Assembly: GCA_001766815.1 (NCBI GenBank)
Contig: LYOS01000003.1
Location: 55,254 to 87,253 of the forward strand
Direction: 5' to 3'
Length of the DNA: 32,000 nt
Source of the DNA: Candidatus Syntropharchaeum caldarium
Lineage (GTDB): Archaea; Halobacteriota; Syntropharchaeia; Syntropharchaeales; Syntropharchaeaceae
Numbering within the stretch: position 1 is the first letter of the stretch; each line of letters begins with the position of its first letter. The position numbers and the translations under genes were made by a program. Shown here in pieces: positions 8,300 through 18,066 of the stretch. The notes beneath the pieces are model-generated. The model was not told the origin of the DNA. It saw only the letters and a program-made list of their open reading frames with translations, and did not search any database.

Positions 8300-11025
8300 G
8301 ACTCAAAAGATCTTAAACCCTGATTGAGTGCTTCTTCTGCCTTTTCTATTCTTTTCCCTCCACCCTGTCCAAGTTCTGGCCTACCTCCCCCTCCACCACC
8401 AAGAACCTTCGAGACCTCCCTTGCGATATCGCCTGCCTTAATCGCGCTATTTGCTGGTGCGCTTGTGACAACCGATGCTTCACCATCCAGGATGCCAATA
8501 AGGATCGAATATAATCCTTTACCTGATATGAGTCTTCCAATCTTAACAAGTTCTTCTCTATCAACGCCATAAAAAATTTCGGCAACGACTGCGTGATCTC
8601 CAATCTCTTTTGCGTCTGATATTAACTGGCCAACTTTAGCTTCTGCAAGCGCCTCCTTCAGACGCTCATTCTCTTTGCTAAGTTCCTTCCATTCTTCAAA
8701 GAATCTGGTTGCAGTTTTTGGAAGCTGATCTGGTGGAACTCTCAGGATCTCTGCGGTGTTAAAGAGAAGTTCCTCCTCTGCCTGCATGCTGCGAATTGCT
8801 GCATCACCAGCTGCAAACTCTATACGCTCAATCCCATCCTGAATCCGCTCACACTTAAGAATTTTTATCGCACCAACTCTTCCTGTGCTTGTGCAGTGTG
8901 TACCACCACAGCCCTGGGCGTCATCACCTGTTCGCACCACACGGATTTTATCACCTGGCGGGATTCCTCCCTGATAAAGTGTAAAACCAAAGCGCTTCTC
9001 TGCTGCGTTTCGATTAAACCAGTTAATATCGATCTTTATGTCACTCATCACGATTTCATTTGCGAGAAGTTCAATCCTGCGCCTTTCATCCATGCTTATC
9101 CGCTTAAAATGAGAAATATCGAGCCTTGCTCTATCCATAGACTTCTGTGCTCCCGACTGCCATACATGATCTCCAAGAACTTTTTTTGCGGCATTAAGAA
9201 CGATATGGGTTGCAGTGTGATGTCTTGTATGTGCCATTCGCCGTTTTTGATTTACACGACCCTGAACAATCTCGCCTCGTGAAATCTTGCCGTCGGATTC
9301 AAGATGATGAATGATCACACCATCCAGTATCTCAACATCTATAACATTGAAGATGTTTTCCTGTGTTGAGATCGTACCGGTATCAGCCGGCTGTCCACCC
9401 CCTTCAGGATAGAATGCAGTTCGATCAAGGACGATACAATCATCGAAGGTATCGAGCACAACAGCCTCAAACTCAAACGTCAGAGGATCTTCATAGTAGA
9501 GCTTGATCGTATCTGGTAGATTTTTGACTCTCTCAAGACGCGGGTCTATAGTCTCTTCAACCCTCTCCTGCTTGCTGTGCCTCTTTGCTACAAGGGAGTA
9601 AAAGTTATCAGGGACTTCAATCTTGAGATTCTGCCTGCTGGCAACTTCTTTTGCAACCTCAGGTGGTATACCATATGTATCATAGAGCTGTATCACATCT
9701 TCAAGTGGTAGCGATTGTTTCTTCTTCACCATTCGTTCAACGATTCGCATTCCACTTGCCAGCGTTTCACGGTACTTTGCAGTTTCGATCTCAAGTATCT
9801 CTGAGATTCGATTGAGGGAGTTCTTAAGTTCAGGATATGCAGTGATATATTCAGTGTGGAGCTTTATAATATCAAATAGATCCAGCTCTGTATCCAGTGA
9901 CTCAAGTAACCTCAGAGTCCGCCTGATAACAAGTCTTGCAAGATAACCAGCCTTTACATTTGAGGGTACAATCTCATCGGCGAGCATGAATAGCAGACAG
10001 CGTGCATGGTCAGCGATTCTGTAAACCGTTTCGACGGGGGTCATGATGCGATTTAGCTCATCAACCTCAACCCCGATCTCTGATGCAAGGCGGGACCTGA
10101 GTTCCAGCAAGTTTGAGTTATCTTTGATGTCAATCAGTCCTGAAAGTCTTGCGTTTGAGGAGAAAATCTCGTTCAGAGTTGGATCATCGGCCGGGTTTGT
10201 TATTCCCGCTGATTTCATGAGCTTGTCAACAACCTCAGGAAAGATAGCATCATAGATCGTTGAAGAACCATTTGAAAGCCATACAAACCGCTCAAGGCCA
10301 TATCCTGTGTCAACGATCTGCATATCCATCTTTCTATACCTATCCCCGTTTATCAGAATCTTACCATCTGCGGACTGTTCCATATCCATGAATACAAGTG
10401 TCGCGAGCTCGAGTCCGCCAATAAGTACCTCAAGGCATGGTCCTGCATTTCCACCCCCTGCCCATGGCTCTTCTTTGTATGTGACAGCGTCGATCTCTGC
10501 ACCCAGGGTTCGCAAAAATTCATCGCAGTACTCGACCGTCTCTTCCTTCCAGTAGATTTTTTCCTCTTTGCTGTTGAACGCATGATGCGCCATCATCTCA
10601 AAAGTAGAGAGGTGTCTCCCGCTCCTTCCCACAGAATCCAGATCATCAAGTCTTATACAGGGCTGTGAGATCGTGAGCGGGTTTGCAGGTGGTGGCACTT
10701 TGCCAGATGTTACAAACGGTTGAAAATCGTATATAGATGCGTTTGTCAGGAAAACATCGTCCCGCCATCTTGCAACAACGGGATATCTTCCTATTCGCTT
10801 GTGTCCCCGTGCCTCAAAGAAGCCGAGGAATGCTTCTCGCATCTCATCAAGATTCTTCTTCTTAAAGATTGGCGAGCCTATGAATGAGTAGGGATCACAT
10901 GGCGCATCACCACACGTTATTCGTTCAGGATCACGGCTCCAGAAATACCCACCGCATTTTACGCAACGCGCCCTGTGAAAATCGTTTCTGTGAAAATAAT
11001 CGAGCTGATATTCCTCCTCTAACAT
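8293..11025 (-). CDS. alaS: Alanine--tRNA ligase (archaeal type)
   Basis: 910-aa ORF. It has the N-terminal zinc-knuckle-like region CVKCGGYFWS...CGDAPC, the editing-domain motifs HHTATH and CGGTHC, and a C-terminal DHHA1-like GGGGGRPELGQGGG. Confidence 0.95.
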   Translation of the reverse strand: MLEEEYQLDYFHRNDFHRARCVKCGGYFWSRDPERITCGDAPCDPYSFIGSPIFKKKNLDEMREAFLGFFEARGHKRIGRYPVVARWRDDVFLTNASIYDFQPFVTSGKVPPPANPLTISQPCIRLDDLDSVGRSGRHLSTFEMMAHHAFNSKEEKIYWKEETVEYCDEFLRTLGAEIDAVTYKEEPWAGGGNAGPCLEVLIGGLELATLVFMDMEQSADGKILINGDRYRKMDMQIVDTGYGLERFVWLSNGSSTIYDAIFPEVVDKLMKSAGITNPADDPTLNEIFSSNARLSGLIDIKDNSNLLELRSRLASEIGVEVDELNRIMTPVETVYRIADHARCLLFMLADEIVPSNVKAGYLARLVIRRTLRLLESLDTELDLFDIIKLHTEYITAYPELKNSLNRISEILEIETAKYRETLASGMRIVERMVKKKQSLPLEDVIQLYDTYGIPPEVAKEVASRQNLKIEVPDNFYSLVAKRHSKQERVEETIDPRLERVKNLPDTIKLYYEDPLTFEFEAVVLDTFDDCIVLDRTAFYPEGGGQPADTGTISTQENIFNVIDVEILDGVIIHHLESDGKISRGEIVQGRVNQKRRMAHTRHHTATHIVLNAAKKVLGDHVWQSGAQKSMDRARLDISHFKRISMDERRRIELLANEIVMSDIKIDINWFNRNAAEKRFGFTLYQGGIPPGDKIRVVRTGDDAQGCGGTHCTSTGRVGAIKILKCERIQDGIERIEFAAGDAAIRSMQAEEELLFNTAEILRVPPDQLPKTATRFFEEWKELSKENERLKEALAEAKVGQLISDAKEIGDHAVVAEIFYGVDREELVKIGRLISGKGLYSILIGILDGEASVVTSAPANSAIKAGDIAREVSKVLGGGGGGRPELGQGGGKRIEKAEEALNQGLRSFESY

Positions 11026-11047
11026 TGTAGTTGATCCTCTATCCCAT

Positions 11048-11057
11048 CTTTAAAATG
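11048..11057 (-). promoter_or_regulatory. TATA-like box for alaS
   Basis: The minus strand reads CATTTTAAAG about 23 nt upstream of the alaS ATG (11025), inside the 42-nt spacer after ppsA. Confidence 0.35.
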
Positions 11058-11067
11058 TTTGTGGTTC

Positions 11068-13365
11068 TTATCCTTCACTATTCAGCTTTAGCTTTCTAAC
11101 AACCTCAACGATCAGGAGTTCTTCCTCTCTTGCCACAGTGTTTCTGACGTCCTCGACCGCATCGATATTTGCAGATATACTCGATATGCCATATTCAACA
11201 AACTTCTTCACGAGCTCAGGCCTTGATCCTGCCTGTCCACAGACAGAGGTCATGACACCACGCCTCCTGCAGACCTCGATTGCAGATTTGATCAGTTTCA
11301 GGACCGCAGGATGTCGTTCATTGTAAAGTGAAGCTACATGTTCGTTGTTTCGATCGATAGCAAGAGTGTACTGTGTCAGATCATTTGTCCCGAAGGATAC
11401 GAAGTCAAGTCCACCAACATCGATGAAATCCTCGATTATAAGAGCAGCCGCAGGCGTCTCAATCATTATACCGATCATCGTGGTCTCAAAATCGATGCCA
11501 ACCTCGAGCATGATCTGCTTTGCACGCGCATATTCGGATGGGTGCTGGAGCATCGGCAACATAATCCCAACATTCTTGAATCCAAGCTTGAATAACTTCT
11601 TGAATGCCCTGAGTTGAAGTTTGAAATGTTCAGTATCTGTCAGATCCCGCCTTATCCCACGCCATCCAAGCATCGGGTTGGGCTCAATCGGTTCGTTTTC
11701 ACCCCCTTCCATAGACCTGAACTCATCAGTCGGTGCATCAAGCGTTCTAACCCATACAGGCTTTGGATAGAAAACATCCGCCACCATCTTGATGCCTTTG
11801 ACAAGTTCATCAATGTACTCCTCCTCTTTCCCCTCCGCGATGTAGAGAGATGGGTGTTTACCCAGTCCAAGTATCATGTGCTCGACTCGGAGCAGTCCGA
11901 CACCATCAGCCCCGGTTGCCGCCGCCTTCTCTGCAGCTTCAGGTATTGAAATATTGACCTTGATCTCGGTTGCTGTGATGGGTTTCCAGTTTACAGCCGT
12001 AACAGAGGTTTCTGCACTCGGTTTTTCCATAATGATGCTTCCTTTGTAGATCTTACCCTTATCACCATCCACAGTAACGATCATTCCATCTTTGAGAACC
12101 TCTGTGCTGTTTTTAGTACCGACAACTGCAGGTGTACCGAGTTCTCGTGATACGATGGCGGCATGGCAGGTTAATCCGCCTTCATCGGTCACAATCGCCG
12201 CCGCGCGTTTCATTGCAGGTACCATATCAGGGGTTGTCATCGTCGTAACCATGATATCTCCTTCTTTAACCTTCGAGAGTTCGGAGATATCCCTCAGAAT
12301 CTTAACACATCCTGTAGCCATCCCAGGCGATGCACCAAGTCCTGAAACCAGCACCTCCTCGATTGCCGATTCTGGAGAGTCCGATGATTCTGCTTCCATT
12401 TTTATCGTTGTGATCGGGCGAGACTGAAGCATGTAAATCTTGCCGCTCTCATCGATCCCCCATTCAATGTCCTGTGGAATACCATAATGGTTCTCAAGGA
12501 TTTCACCATACTCAACGAGCTTCAGTATCTCCTCATCGGTTAGGACCCGTTCTTCTTTCATATCATCAGGAACGGGTACAACAACGGTCTCTCTTGTCAC
12601 TGGATCTCTGATATGCATCGTCTCCTTTGTCGCGATAATCTCGTTTATGATCTTCTTTGATCTTCGATCGATAACATAATGATCTGGGGATACCGACCCT
12701 GAAACAACCGCCTCTCCAAGTCCCCATGATCCCTCAATGATCGTGTTCATCGCCCCTGTTGAAGGATCACGGGTAAACATCACACCTGCCTTCTTTGAAT
12801 CGACCATCTTCTGGACGATAACTGAAATATTGACACTTGAGTGGTCAAAGTCATGCTCAACACGGTAGAAGATCGCACGGGAATTATAGAGTGATGCCCA
12901 GCACCTCTTGACAGCATCAAGAACTGCTTCTCCCCCTCTAATATTCAAAAATGTGTCCTGTTGCCCTGCAAAGCTTGCATCAGGTAGATCCTCTGCGGTA
13001 GCTGATGATCTGACCGCGACATAGACCTCTTCCCCCTCATTCCTGCACATTTCATCATAATAACTAAGAATTGCTTCTTTAATTTCTTCTGGCATTTCTG
13101 CTGTTAATATCAACTTTTTTGCCGCATTTTCAACCTTTTTGAGCTTTTTTGTATCGTCCACATCGACCTCAAGTGTCGCAAAGAGTTCATCGGAGATACC
13201 GGTCTCTTCGATGAACCTCCTGAACGCCGTGGCTGTAACAGCAAAAGAAGGTGGAACTGGTAGCCCAACCTTAATCATCTCACCAAGACTCGCTCCTTTT
13301 CCACCAACAAGCCTGAGATCCGAAGAATCCACATCCTGTAACCAGACAACAGTTTGATCAGTCAT
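11068..13365 (-). CDS. ppsA: Phosphoenolpyruvate synthase (pyruvate, water dikinase)
   Basis: It contains VGGKGASLGEM (ATP-grasp), the phospho-His loop GGLTCHAAIVSRELGTPAVVG and a C-terminal PEP-utilising TIM barrel. I place the start at the ATG at 13365 (MTDQTVVWLQDV...). The ORF-track GTG at 13386 is an alternative. Confidence 0.95.
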   Translation of the reverse strand: MTDQTVVWLQDVDSSDLRLVGGKGASLGEMIKVGLPVPPSFAVTATAFRRFIEETGISDELFATLEVDVDDTKKLKKVENAAKKLILTAEMPEEIKEAILSYYDEMCRNEGEEVYVAVRSSATAEDLPDASFAGQQDTFLNIRGGEAVLDAVKRCWASLYNSRAIFYRVEHDFDHSSVNISVIVQKMVDSKKAGVMFTRDPSTGAMNTIIEGSWGLGEAVVSGSVSPDHYVIDRRSKKIINEIIATKETMHIRDPVTRETVVVPVPDDMKEERVLTDEEILKLVEYGEILENHYGIPQDIEWGIDESGKIYMLQSRPITTIKMEAESSDSPESAIEEVLVSGLGASPGMATGCVKILRDISELSKVKEGDIMVTTMTTPDMVPAMKRAAAIVTDEGGLTCHAAIVSRELGTPAVVGTKNSTEVLKDGMIVTVDGDKGKIYKGSIIMEKPSAETSVTAVNWKPITATEIKVNISIPEAAEKAAATGADGVGLLRVEHMILGLGKHPSLYIAEGKEEEYIDELVKGIKMVADVFYPKPVWVRTLDAPTDEFRSMEGGENEPIEPNPMLGWRGIRRDLTDTEHFKLQLRAFKKLFKLGFKNVGIMLPMLQHPSEYARAKQIMLEVGIDFETTMIGIMIETPAAALIIEDFIDVGGLDFVSFGTNDLTQYTLAIDRNNEHVASLYNERHPAVLKLIKSAIEVCRRRGVMTSVCGQAGSRPELVKKFVEYGISSISANIDAVEDVRNTVAREEELLIVEVVRKLKLNSEG

Positions 13366-13394
13366 TTTAATCCCCAGTTCAACCACGTCTGCAT

Positions 13395-13409
13395 ACTATT
13401 TATTACTTA
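13395..13409. promoter_or_regulatory. Shared A/T-rich TATA region for divergent ppsA and polX
   Basis: The sequence actatttattactta lies about 25-30 nt from both the ppsA ATG (13365) and the polX ATG (13430). Confidence 0.35.
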
Positions 13410-13429
13410 TCATGCGGATATTCATGGTG

Positions 13430-15118
13430 ATGGAAAACAGAGAGATTGCGAAGATATTTGATGAGATCGCTGATATTCTGGAGGTGAAAAACGAGGATAA
13501 ATTTAAGATCAAAGCTTACAGAAGGGCTGCACAAACCATTAAAAATCTCACAGAGGATTTATCAAATTTTAAATCAATAAAAGAACTTAAAACATTACCT
13601 GGAATTGGTGATGCACTGGCAAAGAAGATTTATGAGATTATAAGAACAGATAAACTTGAATACTACGAGAAACTCAAGCATTCAGTTCCAGAAGGAATTC
13701 TGGAGCTTCTTGCAATCCCCGGTATCGGTCCAAAGACGGTTGCAAAGTTATACACAGAGTGCGGAATCACAGATATCGAATCGCTTGAACGGGCAGCAGC
13801 AGAACACAAACTTCAGAAACTCTATGGCATGGGAGCAAAGAGCGAAGAGAAAATATTGAAAGGTATTGAGCAGTACAGAAGACATCAGGAGCGCGTGTCG
13901 CTTGGAATAGCTTATTATAAGGCACAGGAAATTATAAAATCACTTGAAAAGCTTGATGCGATCGAATCGATCACTTATGCAGGTAGTCTTCGCAGAATGA
14001 AAGAGACGATCGGGGATATCGATATTCTTGTCGCATCTCATACACCAGAAAAAGTGATGGATGCGTTTCAGGCACTTGATGGTATAAGTGAGGTAATTGC
14101 CAGGGGAGATACAAAGTCCAGTGTCATAATGGATGATCTGCAGGTTGATCTCAGGGTTGTTGAGCCTGGTAGCTTTGGATCTGCACTCCAGTATTTCACA
14201 GGATCAAAGCATCATAACATAAAACTGCGTGAGCTTGCAATTAAGAAAGGACTCAAACTCAATGAGTATGGGGTCTTCGAGAACGATCGAAAGATTGCAG
14301 GAGAGCGTGAGGAGGATGTCTACCGATCTCTTGGACTCGCTTTTATACCACCTGAACTGCGAGAGGATCAGGGAGAGATTGAGGCAGCAATCGATGGCAC
14401 GCTCCCCGATCTTATCAAACATGAAGATATCCGGGGAGATCTCCATATCCACTCAACCTGGAGTGATGGGAGGAACTCGATTCAGGAGATGGTGGATAAA
14501 GCACGTTCACTTGGCTATTGTTACATCGCAATCTGTGATCATTCGCCGGCAGTTGGTGTTGTGCATGGCGTGGATGAGGTTAAACTTCTGGATGAGATGG
14601 ATGAGATCGATCGTATAAATGATAGTTTAACTGATTTCAAGGTGTTAAAAGGGATTGAAGTAGATATACGATCTGATGGTAAGCTTGATCTGCCAGATAA
14701 AGCACTTGAACCACTTGATATCGTTGTTGCAGCAGTTCACACGGGTTTATCCCAGAGCAAAGAGGAGATGACCGCTCGAATCATATCTGCAATTGAGAAT
14801 CCAAACGTTGATGTTATCGCACACCCAACAGGTCGCATAATTGGAAAGCGGGACCCCTGTGATCTTGATATTGAGGCGATCGTCGATGCCTGCATAGATT
14901 ATGAGACGATCCTTGAGATCAATGCAAATCCAAGACGGCTTGATCTGAACGACACCCATGCAAGATATGCCAGAAACAGAGGAGCTAAGCTTGCGATCTC
15001 GACAGATGCTCATGATACATCACAGATGGATCTGATGCACTTTGGAGTTGCAACCGCAAGACGGGGGTGGCTTTTAAAAGAAGATGTCGTGAACACAGAG
15101 CTGGTATATGTGAACTGA
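13430..15118 (+). CDS. polX: Family X DNA polymerase with C-terminal PHP phosphoesterase domain
   Basis: The N-terminus MENREIAKIFDEIADILE is followed by the HhH motifs LPGIGDALAKK and IPGIGPKTV, the palm motif GSLRRMKETIGDIDILV and the PHP motifs GDLHIHSTWSDG and ISTDAH. In-frame ATGs at 13412 and 13424 are alternative starts. Confidence 0.9.
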   Translation: MENREIAKIFDEIADILEVKNEDKFKIKAYRRAAQTIKNLTEDLSNFKSIKELKTLPGIGDALAKKIYEIIRTDKLEYYEKLKHSVPEGILELLAIPGIGPKTVAKLYTECGITDIESLERAAAEHKLQKLYGMGAKSEEKILKGIEQYRRHQERVSLGIAYYKAQEIIKSLEKLDAIESITYAGSLRRMKETIGDIDILVASHTPEKVMDAFQALDGISEVIARGDTKSSVIMDDLQVDLRVVEPGSFGSALQYFTGSKHHNIKLRELAIKKGLKLNEYGVFENDRKIAGEREEDVYRSLGLAFIPPELREDQGEIEAAIDGTLPDLIKHEDIRGDLHIHSTWSDGRNSIQEMVDKARSLGYCYIAICDHSPAVGVVHGVDEVKLLDEMDEIDRINDSLTDFKVLKGIEVDIRSDGKLDLPDKALEPLDIVVAAVHTGLSQSKEEMTARIISAIENPNVDVIAHPTGRIIGKRDPCDLDIEAIVDACIDYETILEINANPRRLDLNDTHARYARNRGAKLAISTDAHDTSQMDLMHFGVATARRGWLLKEDVVNTELVYVN

Positions 15119-15125
15119 GTGGGAT

Positions 15126-15130
15126 TTTTG
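15126..15130 (+). terminator. Oligo-T tract after polX
   Basis: A T5 run lies 8 nt after the polX stop, which resembles archaeal intrinsic termination signals. The evidence is weak. Confidence 0.3.
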
Positions 15131-15190
15131 TTCGTTAATTTATACAGTCAAAGTCACAACATTTATACAATCATTTAGTAAATCAAAAGC

Positions 15191-15198
15191 TTTATATA
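15191..15198 (+). promoter_or_regulatory. TATA box of the sulfur-trafficking operon
   Basis: TTTATATA lies about 25-35 nt upstream of the candidate GTG starts (15223 and 15232). Two further tttatac-like motifs occur at 15139-15146 and 15162-15168. Confidence 0.45.
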
Positions 15199-15231
15199 CA
15201 ATTGTATTGTATATTCAGACAGGTGGACTAT

Positions 15232-15468
15232 GTGGTCGAAGTAACAAAGACAATCGATTCAAGAGGTTCTGCATGTCCAGGACCCATAACCGACCTTGTT
15301 AAAGCGTACAGGCGTGCCAGGAATGGTGATGTGCTGGAAATTCTTGCAACAGATGCTGGTATCAAACCTGATGCAACAGCATGGGCCAAGAAGACGGGAA
15401 ACGAGATCCTTGAGATCATAGATGAACCTGATCATATCAGGGTACTGATAAAGATCGTGAAGGATTGA
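15232..15468 (+). CDS. TusA/SirA-family sulfur-carrier protein
   Basis: IDSRGSACPGPITDLVKAYRRARNGDVLEILATDAGIKPDATAWAKKTGNEIL matches the TusA CPxP active-site pattern and fold length. I place the start at GTG 15232, preceded by AGGTGG at 15221-15226, which gives 78 aa. The ORF-track TTG at 15202 would lie inside the TATA region. Confidence 0.75.
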   Translation: MVEVTKTIDSRGSACPGPITDLVKAYRRARNGDVLEILATDAGIKPDATAWAKKTGNEILEIIDEPDHIRVLIKIVKD

Positions 15469-15472
15469 AGCG

Positions 15473-16672
15473 ATGAAACGAGTTCTGATTGTTGGGGCAG
15501 GATCTGGCGGTACAATTGCTGCAAACACGCTATCAGCGCAGTTGAAAAAGGAAATAAAGCGGAATGAAGTGGAAATTACGGTGCTGGATGACCGTGGGAA
15601 GCACATCTATCAGCCCGGCTATCTTCACGTTGCTTTTAAAGGAGCAGACCCTGAGAAAATCGTAAAGGACGAGCATGAACTCCTGAACCCTGCTGTCAAC
15701 TTTCAGATCGATGCTGCGCGACACATTGACCTCAATGAAAGAGAGATCAAGACAGAGAAGGGTAAAACACTCTCTTACGACTATCTGATACTCTCGACAG
15801 GCTGCAGAACAAATCCTGATCTTATACCTGGACTATCCGGTGAGAACTACGACTTCCATACATCCCCTGAAGCCTCATACAGGACCTGGAAGGCTATAAG
15901 CGAGTTCAAAGGTGGAGATATTGTCATGGGAATTACAACACTCCCTCACATGTGTCCACCATCTCCAAACGAGTCGGTATTCCTTGCAGATGAGTTCTTC
16001 AGGAAGAAGGGAATACGGGACAGGGTGGATATTACATTCATAACACCCTACCCAAGGGTTTATCCAGCAGAGGCTATAAGCGAGTGTATCGAGCCACTCT
16101 TTGAAGAGAGAGATATCAGGGTTGAGACGTTCTTCAATATCGACTCGATTGACCCAGAAGCAGGTAAGATCTTCTCGATGGAAGGTGATGAGATCGATTA
16201 TGATCTTATATCACTCATTCCACCACACGAAGGCAGTCCTGTTATCTTTGATTCAGAGATAGGTGACGAAGAGGGCTGGATTGAGGCAGATCGTTTCACA
16301 ATGCTTGTTCAGAACTTTGACGATGCTTTTGCGATCGGCGACTGTACAGCGATTCCAATATCAAAGTCAGGGGTTGTAGCTCATCTCCAGGCACACACCG
16401 TCTCTGCAACAATTGCAGATGGTATCAGAGGGATTGGAGGCGTTTACAGGTACAACGGTAGAATAAACTGCCCGCTTGAGATCGGTGATGGAAAGTGCAC
16501 GTTCGTAGTGAGCGATTATGAGGAGCCGATAAAAAAGATCGAACCGTCTCGTATCGGGTACCTCCAGAAGTGGATGATCGGAAAGGGCTACTGGAAGATG
16601 CTGAAGGGTGGGCTCGATATACCGATGAAGTTCTACTTTGGTGAGACATGTTGCAAGCAGCAGGAGTATTAA
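15473..16672 (+). CDS. Sulfide:quinone oxidoreductase-like FAD-dependent pyridine nucleotide-disulfide oxidoreductase
   Basis: 399-aa ORF with the N-terminal VLIVGAGSGGTIAAN FAD fold, the SQR-family-like HMCPPSPNE and AIGDCTAIP segments, an amphipathic Lys/Trp-rich C-terminus and a terminal vicinal Cys-Cys. It starts 4 nt after the TusA stop. Confidence 0.7.
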   Translation: MKRVLIVGAGSGGTIAANTLSAQLKKEIKRNEVEITVLDDRGKHIYQPGYLHVAFKGADPEKIVKDEHELLNPAVNFQIDAARHIDLNEREIKTEKGKTLSYDYLILSTGCRTNPDLIPGLSGENYDFHTSPEASYRTWKAISEFKGGDIVMGITTLPHMCPPSPNESVFLADEFFRKKGIRDRVDITFITPYPRVYPAEAISECIEPLFEERDIRVETFFNIDSIDPEAGKIFSMEGDEIDYDLISLIPPHEGSPVIFDSEIGDEEGWIEADRFTMLVQNFDDAFAIGDCTAIPISKSGVVAHLQAHTVSATIADGIRGIGGVYRYNGRINCPLEIGDGKCTFVVSDYEEPIKKIEPSRIGYLQKWMIGKGYWKMLKGGLDIPMKFYFGETCCKQQEY

Positions 16673-16721
16673 GAATGTTATATAGTATTTAGTATTTGTT
16701 TGTTTATGAGGTGTATATAAT

Positions 16722-18062
16722 ATGGTAAAAGTTGTTGTGATTGGATGTGCTGGCACAGGTGGGCCAGCTGCTATGATGTTGAAGAAGCTGAATCCAGAAG
16801 TGGATCTTACGCTGATTCGCGAGGAAGAGAACTTTCTGACAAGGTGTGCGGTTCCGTACATCGCTGTCGGTGATGCTACCGTCGAGGCATCGGTGAAAGG
16901 CGATGAAATGTTTCACAAAGCTGGAACGAAGCTCGTTGATAGTAAAGCGGTTAAGATAGATCGCGAGAAGAAGACCGTTACAACTGCAGACGGTGGGACC
17001 TACCCCTATGACAAGCTCGTTCTTGCAACAGGTGGTGTCCCTGTGAAGCCCCCCATACCAGGAGTCGATCTTGAAGGTGTATTCACGGTTAGAACAAGCA
17101 GGGACGCGACAAATATCCTTGAGCGATTGAAGGCAAAAGGGGATCGTGGAGTGGTTGTGATTGGTGCAGGCGCAGTTGGTCTTGAGATGGCAACACTCAT
17201 CGCAAAAAGCGGCTACAGGACAGCCGTCGTTGAAGCACTTGATCACATACTTGCGGTGAGCTTCGATCCTGATATGATAACTGAACTCGAAGAATATCTT
17301 GAATCAAAAGATATCGAGTTGAAGCTGAATACAATGGCAGAACGGATCATCGGCGAAGAGGAGGTTGAGGGTATTGAGTTATCGGATGGGAGCAGAATCG
17401 ATGCTGGAATGGTGATACTATCTGTTGGTGTACGGGCAAATACCGAGCTTGCCATAGATTGCGGGCTTGAGGTGGGTAAGTTCGGCGTTAAGGTGAATGA
17501 GTATCTCCAGACATCTGATCCTGATATATATGCAGGAGGCGACCTGATCGAGTACGAGAACCTTATCACAGGTGAGATTATGCCAGGGCAGATCAGACCC
17601 AATGCCGTTATCGGAGGGCGCATCATCGCAAAGAATATACTTGGATATAAGATCAAATTTCCGCGACTTCTAAACAGTTTCACGACAAAGCTTCTCGAAA
17701 GGTCGGTAGCTGGTGTTGGACTGACAGAAAAAGCAGCAAAGAAGGCAGGGATCGATACTGTCACAGGTAAGTTTTCAACCGCGAGCATGCACTCGATGAT
17801 GCCAGAAAAGAAACCATACACCCTTAAACTGATCTTTGACAGGGCGACAAAGCGGGTTATAGGTGGACAGCTTGTGGGCGAATCTGACTGTATGGTGAAG
17901 GTGATCGATACGGTCGCACTCGCAATAAGGTGTGGGATGACAGCACTTGATTTGACGACGTTCAGAGCAGCAGGTCAACCAGAACTATCACCAGAGCCGA
18001 GCGCTGAACCGATCTCGATGGCGTCAGAGGCGGTATTTACAGAGCTTTACCCACTACCGTGA
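16722..18062 (+). CDS. CoA-disulfide reductase / NAD(P)H sulfur (persulfide) reductase / NADH oxidase family flavoprotein
   Basis: 446-aa ORF with VVVIGCAGTGG, a single redox Cys in NFLTRCAVPYIAVG (the CoADR/Nox/Npx Cys42-type motif), a second dinucleotide fold VVVIGAGAVGLEMA and GGD. GAGGTG lies 9 nt upstream of the ATG. Confidence 0.8.
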   Translation: MVKVVVIGCAGTGGPAAMMLKKLNPEVDLTLIREEENFLTRCAVPYIAVGDATVEASVKGDEMFHKAGTKLVDSKAVKIDREKKTVTTADGGTYPYDKLVLATGGVPVKPPIPGVDLEGVFTVRTSRDATNILERLKAKGDRGVVVIGAGAVGLEMATLIAKSGYRTAVVEALDHILAVSFDPDMITELEEYLESKDIELKLNTMAERIIGEEEVEGIELSDGSRIDAGMVILSVGVRANTELAIDCGLEVGKFGVKVNEYLQTSDPDIYAGGDLIEYENLITGEIMPGQIRPNAVIGGRIIAKNILGYKIKFPRLLNSFTTKLLERSVAGVGLTEKAAKKAGIDTVTGKFSTASMHSMMPEKKPYTLKLIFDRATKRVIGGQLVGESDCMVKVIDTVALAIRCGMTALDLTTFRAAGQPELSPEPSAEPISMASEAVFTELYPLP

Positions 18063-18066
18063 TAAA

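Noticed and set aside
16367-16861. 164-aa minus-strand ORF bridging the SQR-like/CoADR-like junction, and the 180-aa minus-strand ORF at 16704-17246
   Set aside because: Both are antisense to two strongly motif-supported flavoprotein genes and show no motifs of their own.
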